NCBI GenBank assembly: GCA_013239625.1
Contig: MU054187.1
Span: forward strand, 372,001 to 436,000
Direction: 5' to 3'
Length of the DNA: 64,000 nucleotides
Origin: Lama guanicoe
Taxonomy: Eukaryota
Of this stretch, positions 58,590 to 64,000 are shown piece after piece (position 1 is the stretch's first letter; each line of letters begins with the position of its first letter). The notes below the pieces were generated by a model. It was given only the letters and a program-made list of their open reading frames with translations. It did no database searches and was not told the DNA's origin. A program made the position numbers and the translations under genes.

Positions 58590-59860
58590 AACCTCAGCCG
58601 CGTGTGAGACACGGCGTAAACAGGGGTGCAGGGCGGAAACAATGAAGGGTCTCCACCCAGCAGGAACTGCCCCTCGGTGTGCGTGACAAGGGCTCAGACC
58701 GTGAGCGCCGGGGGCGGCCGGACAGGGGGCGTAGGGGGCCGGGACGCGGCGGGCGGAGCTCGGTCAGCACCCACTCCGTCGGGACTGCGGGTCCCCGCGC
58801 CCCACCCCTGGGGCTGCAGTCCCGGGTGTCGCCCGGCTATCGGGGCGTCCCCGCCGGCAAGGCTACCCGCGCGGGGAGCTTCCCCCGGGGCGCAGAGATG
58901 CCTCCCTCATTACTAGGAAATTCTTACACTTTTTGAAAGAACTTTCTAGACTTAGACCGAGGTTCTAATCATGTTCCAATGTCACGCTGAAAAGAAAACA
59001 CGCACTAGCTGGCGTAACCCTAGGGGCCCTTTACGCTTTCCGCGAACTCCTGGCTCCGATCCACACAGAGCGCGCCCCGCCCCGCCCCCAGCTCCACACG
59101 CACGCGCGCCACCTCCGCGCCCGGGGAGGCCCGCGCGGCGTCCGCGCACCTGCCCGGACGCACGCCTATGACGTCACGCCGGCGCGGGCTCTCCCAGGCA
59201 GCTGCCCCTCACGCAGCGTTTCCGCCTCGCGCGTTAGCCCGCCGCTCCGGTGTGCGGCTCAAGTCAGCTTCCCCGAGCTCTTCCTTCAGCCTCTTACTCT
59301 GCATTAGCGGCTGCGTCTCGGGCAGCCGGAAGCCGCCGGGCGAGTCCGCGGCGACGCGCCGGAAGCCGCCGGCCGGAAGCTGCGGGGCGGGCGGTGGCGC
59401 TCCCGGAAGTGGCGCGAACGTCGCGTGCGTGCAGGCGGTGCGTCCGGCTGCAGGAGAAGATGGCCGTCTCCACAGGTCGGTTACCGGCCGGCCGCCTGCT
59501 TTCCCACCCCGACCCGCGCTGCGCCTCCGCCTGCCGCTGGCGGCCGGCCCGGCCGTGTGGGAGAAGCCAGAATCCTGCCTCTCCGCCGCCGGGCTCCCCG
59601 CGGAGCGCAGCGGGGAGCAGGGAGGATTCGCGTGGCCGTCGGGGCGGCGGTCGTGCCCGCCCGTCGGCCGCGCGCTCGGGGACCAGGCTGGGCCGGGGGC
59701 CGGCGGGCGGGGTCCCGCGGGCGGTGTGGGAGCGAGGAGAGGATCCCGGGCGGGCCGCGTCCACCTGGGTGCTGAAGGGCTCGCGTGGGGTCCTGAATGG
59801 AGCGGATCCCATCCCCCGACTCGCCTTGATGTGGACGGAGGCGGACCGGACCGTTCTTAC
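58590..59860. promoter_or_regulatory. CpG island promoter of UBE2V2
   Basis: GC boxes near 59070-59090, perfect CRE TGACGTCA at 59169-59176 and four CCGGAAG ETS/GABPA motifs between about 59326 and 59410. Confidence 0.88.
59460..59475 (+). CDS. UBE2V2: UBE2V2 (MMS2) exon 1, coding part MAVST+G; rest of the gene lies beyond the window
   Basis: gagaagATGGCCGTCTCCACAG|GTCGGT in a CpG island; MAVSTG is the UBE2V2 N-terminus; conserved PRKDC-MCM4-UBE2V2 order. Confidence 0.9.
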
Positions 59861-61384
59861 CTGAGTGTGTCTTGTCTTTATTTGAGTCAAAAACTGCGGT
59901 GCAGAGTAAAAGCGCAGAGCGAGGTGGAAGCTAATTGAAGAAAAAGCGGCTTCTTAGATTAGCTGTTCAACTGCTGTGTCGTGCTGAACACAATTTCGGT
60001 TTCCTATGAATACAGACTTCAAGTATTAACACTGAGGTTTTAGGAATTTGACCGTTAAAAGGTTGTGAAGTTTGAAAGGCTGTTTTATAGCTTTAAAATG
60101 TTAATACATATGGTCTTTCATTTATCCTTATTGTTTAAACCAGATTATAGAATAGTGCCATATTTCATGCCATCGTTGCATAATAAAACGAATTTTCAAT
60201 TCTATAGGCGCTAAAATGGAAGGCTTCAGGGTATATTGTTTGATACTTTCAAGGTAATAACCATTCTACATCCATTTTAGTGAAAAATTCTGTCTTTTAG
60301 ATTCGTTTTTCATTACTTACAGTTGTTGGAGTAATATCTTGAACAGTTTTAGTGCTGGGGAAATATTTCGGTATACTTGACGTCAGAACCAATTAATAAA
60401 GCATGGATAATTTAAAGAGTGATCTTTTAGTAATAAAATTTTAATTACTGACCCTGCTGTTTGAAATCGAATGTGCTTGTGAATGGGGCCATGTCTTTTA
60501 GAGTTGTGCTTAGTACCTACCTATAGGCTTTTGAAAATGTAGTGATGAAGTGGTATATTTTAATTTGATAATTTTCACTTTGTGGATTTCATTTTTTATT
60601 TAAACATGGTACCCCCCCTAACATTGTACGTATAAGAGAGTGTAGAAATATTTTGAGAAGATTAGATTATGTTAATGGCAGATACTTTAACCACATACAG
60701 TCAGTCTTGGAATTTGAATATAAACTATAAAAAGTTACTGATTATTAGTATATTTATTGTACATTGGAAGCTTGCATTTTGTAGTTTATATTTCAGATAT
60801 CTAATTGTTACATTTACACTGATTTTAGATTTATAAAATTTGATACCTTAGCACAGTTAAAAAATCTGTTTTAGGCAGTTAATTGATGTTTTCTTAAACC
60901 ACTGAGATTTGTTTTGAAACTGTTGCTAAAAATCCCCCTGGTCAATTTCATATCCCACTTACTCCTTTTGTGTAGTTTACATCATTGACAGTATTCTCCA
61001 ACTGGGGAGAAAGGAGTGCAGAAGCAGTTTTGGACTATGTTTTGAAACTATTTTAAAATTATACTTTCTATTAGCTATACTTTTGTTTGCTTTTGGTACC
61101 ATGGGAGGGAAAGAGTACCTGTGTAGTTGTGAAATTTTAAAGTAGGTGAGCTAGATAGATGTACTGTACATGTTTTCTATTTAATCTTGATAAATAATTG
61201 ATAGGCCAAAAAGGAAAAACACCTGGCAAATACTTTTTGATCTTTATTAAAACATCATTTTTTAATGTGCATTATCTTAAGTCACATGCTTTTACCCTTT
61301 TCACTGGAGGAAAAACTGGGGAGGGGGATTCTAATTAGACTGAGACTTCTGAGCTGAAACGCACTCTGCCCTACCACCCAGTCC

Positions 61385-61510
61385 TCTTGTTTTGCAGATG
61401 AGAAAACTGAGGCCTGAGGAAATACAAGGTTTTATGTAGTTGTCTAGTAGCAGAGTCAAGATCAGAATCCAAGTTTTTTTTTCTTTTACTCAGTCTAGTG
61501 CTTTTTCCAT
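61385..61510 (-). mobile_element. MIR
   Basis: ttttgcagatgagaaaactgaggc...gcagagtcaagatcagaatcc. Confidence 0.75.
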
Positions 61511-62194
61511 CATGAGGAACTATGATTTTTGAAATAATCCTGAATTTAGGAATTTTACTCCTTTTTAGGCTTGAGAGTGGCTTTCATACTTCGCTTCCCA
61601 GCAGAAACCTTGTTTCAGACTCTTAAATGGTTCATGGTTGAAAGCAGGGCTGTGGTGGAGACCCCACTGGCTAAGTTCCCCTTTCCCAAGAGACAGTCAC
61701 CTGTGGGGCAAGATGGTTTCACATGACACAGCTTAAGAAACATTACTCTAGGGAATAGAAATTTATTAGTATATTTAGTACTTGTGATTCAAAAATTTGA
61801 TTCTATCCCAGCACTAACACAAGAATTAATGTTAAATAAAAAAGTATGTGCAGTACTTAAATTTTTAATTTTCGAACAGTTCTAGATTTACAGAAAGACC
61901 GTGAAGGTAGTGCAGAGAGTTCTCATGCACTCCCTTCAATTCCCGGTTGTTCACATCTGACATTAGTATGGGGCATTCGTCAGAATTAATGAGCCAGTCT
62001 TGACACATTTATCATTAACTAAATGTGTTCAGGGTTCTTTAGTTTTTGCCTCATGTCCACTTTCCGTCCCAAGATCGGATCGCATCCAGGATATACTGTA
62101 ATGTGAAACATTAAAAAATTTTTCTTACCACTTAGTTATACTACTGTTACAGTGGAGGTCTCGTTTCTGAATGCAGGTGATTGTAAAATGTCTT

Positions 62195-62349
62195 TTTGTT
62201 GTTGTTGCCTCTTTTTTTTTTGTTAGTTTTATTGGGGGGAGGTAGTTAGATTTTTTAAGTTTACTTATACTTGGAGGAAGTGCTGGGGATTGAACCCAGG
62301 AACTCGTGCATGCTAAGCATGAGCTCTACCACTGAGCTATACCCTCCCC
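62195..62349 (-). mobile_element. Vic-1-like tRNA-derived SINE in UBE2V2 intron 1
   Basis: Reverse strand reads ggggagggtatagctcagtggtagagc...gggttcaatccccag; 11-bp TSD TAAAATGTCTT at 62184-62194 and 62352-62362. Confidence 0.9.
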
Positions 62350-64000
62350 TATAAAATGTCTTCTAAGTTATGAAGGGCTCAGAAAAAAAATGGAGTATTT
62401 TTTTCTTTGATGGTAGGTCTATGTAAGGCATCTGGGTTGAAAACGAAACCAAAATAAAACCTAATTACCTTTTTCAGCAGTGGTCAGTATTATGTGTCCT
62501 GGAACAGGAACTTGGTTAGCAGTGTTTTAGTTCCTCTGCTGCCTAGGAGGTTACTGTGCCATGCTCGGTGTGCCTCCAGGTCTTCTGAGCCTTACTTACC
62601 CATCCTTTCTGTGGGAAGTTCGGGCAGTAGGATTTTGCTTGTTTTCTCCGTCTGCAGGATGGAGCTGTGTGGATGTGGGCAGACCTTGGGAGTAGCAGCA
62701 GAAGAGGTTTGCCACTCGTGTTCTAACTGATGGTTCTGATGACCAGGTGAAGGCTATTTTACATGATGAACACGTGACAGAGGGTTGGGGTCTAAACCCT
62801 GCCTTGCCAGGTGAGAGGTTTAACCTCACATTAACGGTTATGCAGCCAGATAGCAGGCATGCTTCAAGCAGTATATTCTTTGTAAGTACCGTAAGTAGGC
62901 CATAGACTTTTCAGCCTAGTCACGGAATGTTACTGAAAAGTACAAGCAGTGCAGAGCTTGGTGTACTGTCCGTCATTCATGCTGTTGTCAGCTGCCGCCT
63001 AGATTATCAGTTGTGGTTTACTAAACACTGTTGCTGTAAGTGACTGTTACCTGAGAGGATATAGTTAAGTTATTGAAAACTTTTTCATTTTGTAGAATGT
63101 TTACGCTACCAGAAGCGACCTGGAGGGATGTTTACATTGTCTCCAATTGCAGCTCCCGGAGGCATAGGAGAGCCTCACACACTCCAGTGAGTGGGTGGGT
63201 GAGTGGTCTCCGTCAGGAAGACCTCACATCTTCCCCGGGGTCCTCACTTCCCTCGGAAATCCGTGCTAGAGAAGAGCCAGAGGCTGCTGTAGTTGACTGA
63301 CTTTCTTCCACTCCCTGGTTTATTCTAAGGGAAACATTCCTTCTTAGTTCTGAAGTAGACGTTGTTAGCAGCTTTCCTGGAGAATTTAAGTAACTTGTGT
63401 GTTCCCCCTGGTTTGTCTGTCTCGTTGGGGTATCTGTAAGGTGTCCAGCAGGTTCTTTGGTGACAGCTTGTTGCATTTGAATGCACCTCCCTACATGGTT
63501 CTCTTCTCACCCCCCCACCCCCCGCCACTGCCCAGATGAAGGGGTATGTTCATGTCAGCAGCACCTGCTCAGGACAGGCCTGTAAATATTGACAGAGGCT
63601 GAAAGTAAGCATCTCCGTAAAGTCCCACGTATTTACTGAGTGCCTCTTGTGGTGCCATCATTTCTTACGGTACGGTTTCCATGTAAGTGAGTTAATAATA
63701 AGGAAACAGATGAGTTAAGTCAAATCTAGCTTTCCCCCTTTGTATATTACAATGTTCCACTCATAATTTTTCCTTTTAGTTTACTTTTCTGAAGTGAAAC
63801 AGGACTAAAGGAGTATTTTGTGTTCAGATACGTTCATTGAATAAACTCAGGAAGTGGCCTGTGTTCTCCTTGTCCGAGTTGGTGCATGCACCGCCCGTCG
63901 ACTGTAAGAATAGTTGCCGAGTGTGGGGGAGTGGCTGGGCAGGGTGGCTTTGGCTGTAACCTGGAGTCCCAGGAGCACAACTCGCAGTCTGCTGTAGTGA

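Noticed and set aside
59168..59938. Overlapping 200-256 aa ORFs on both strands
   Set aside because: Low-complexity Arg/Pro/Gly/Ala translations of the UBE2V2 CpG island; only the 16-nt first coding exon is supported.
62280..62349. tRNA gene (also considered at 18822 and 48900)
   Set aside because: A and B boxes are present, but the SINE tail and TSDs show these are retroposed SINE heads.

Overview
Mammalian genomic DNA, most likely a camelid (inferred from the tRNA-headed Vic-1-type SINEs and the L1 3' ends). It covers the conserved PRKDC-MCM4-UBE2V2 block. PRKDC (DNA-PKcs) runs on the minus strand: exons 1-28 plus the first 18 nt of exon 29, all GT-AG and in frame, 3364 coding nt through exon 28. 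It is head-to-head with a complete plus-strand MCM4 gene (non-coding exon 1 plus 16 coding exons, 835 aa) across a CpG-island bidirectional promoter. UBE2V2 exon 1 starts in a second CpG island near 59.4 kb. The rest is L1, MLT1, Charlie, MIR, L2 and SINE repeats. I see no new multi-gene system, CRISPR array or true RNA gene. The most notable observations are: (1) a PMS1 processed pseudogene fused to an L1 3' end, carrying a 171-nt insert exactly at the PMS1 exon 4/5 junction; (2) a highly decayed TICAM2/TRAM-like TIR-adaptor relic between MCM4 and UBE2V2; (3) a shortened MCM4 N-terminal tail and a burst of AT-to-GC amino-acid changes in the MCM4 ATPase exon and in PRKDC; (4) a triplicated NRF1/ETS module with an in-frame upstream Kozak ATG at the PRKDC start; (5) a 3'-UTR-only retrocopy inside an MLT1 LTR. 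All comparisons with human sequences and repeat consensuses are from memory and need confirming by alignment.
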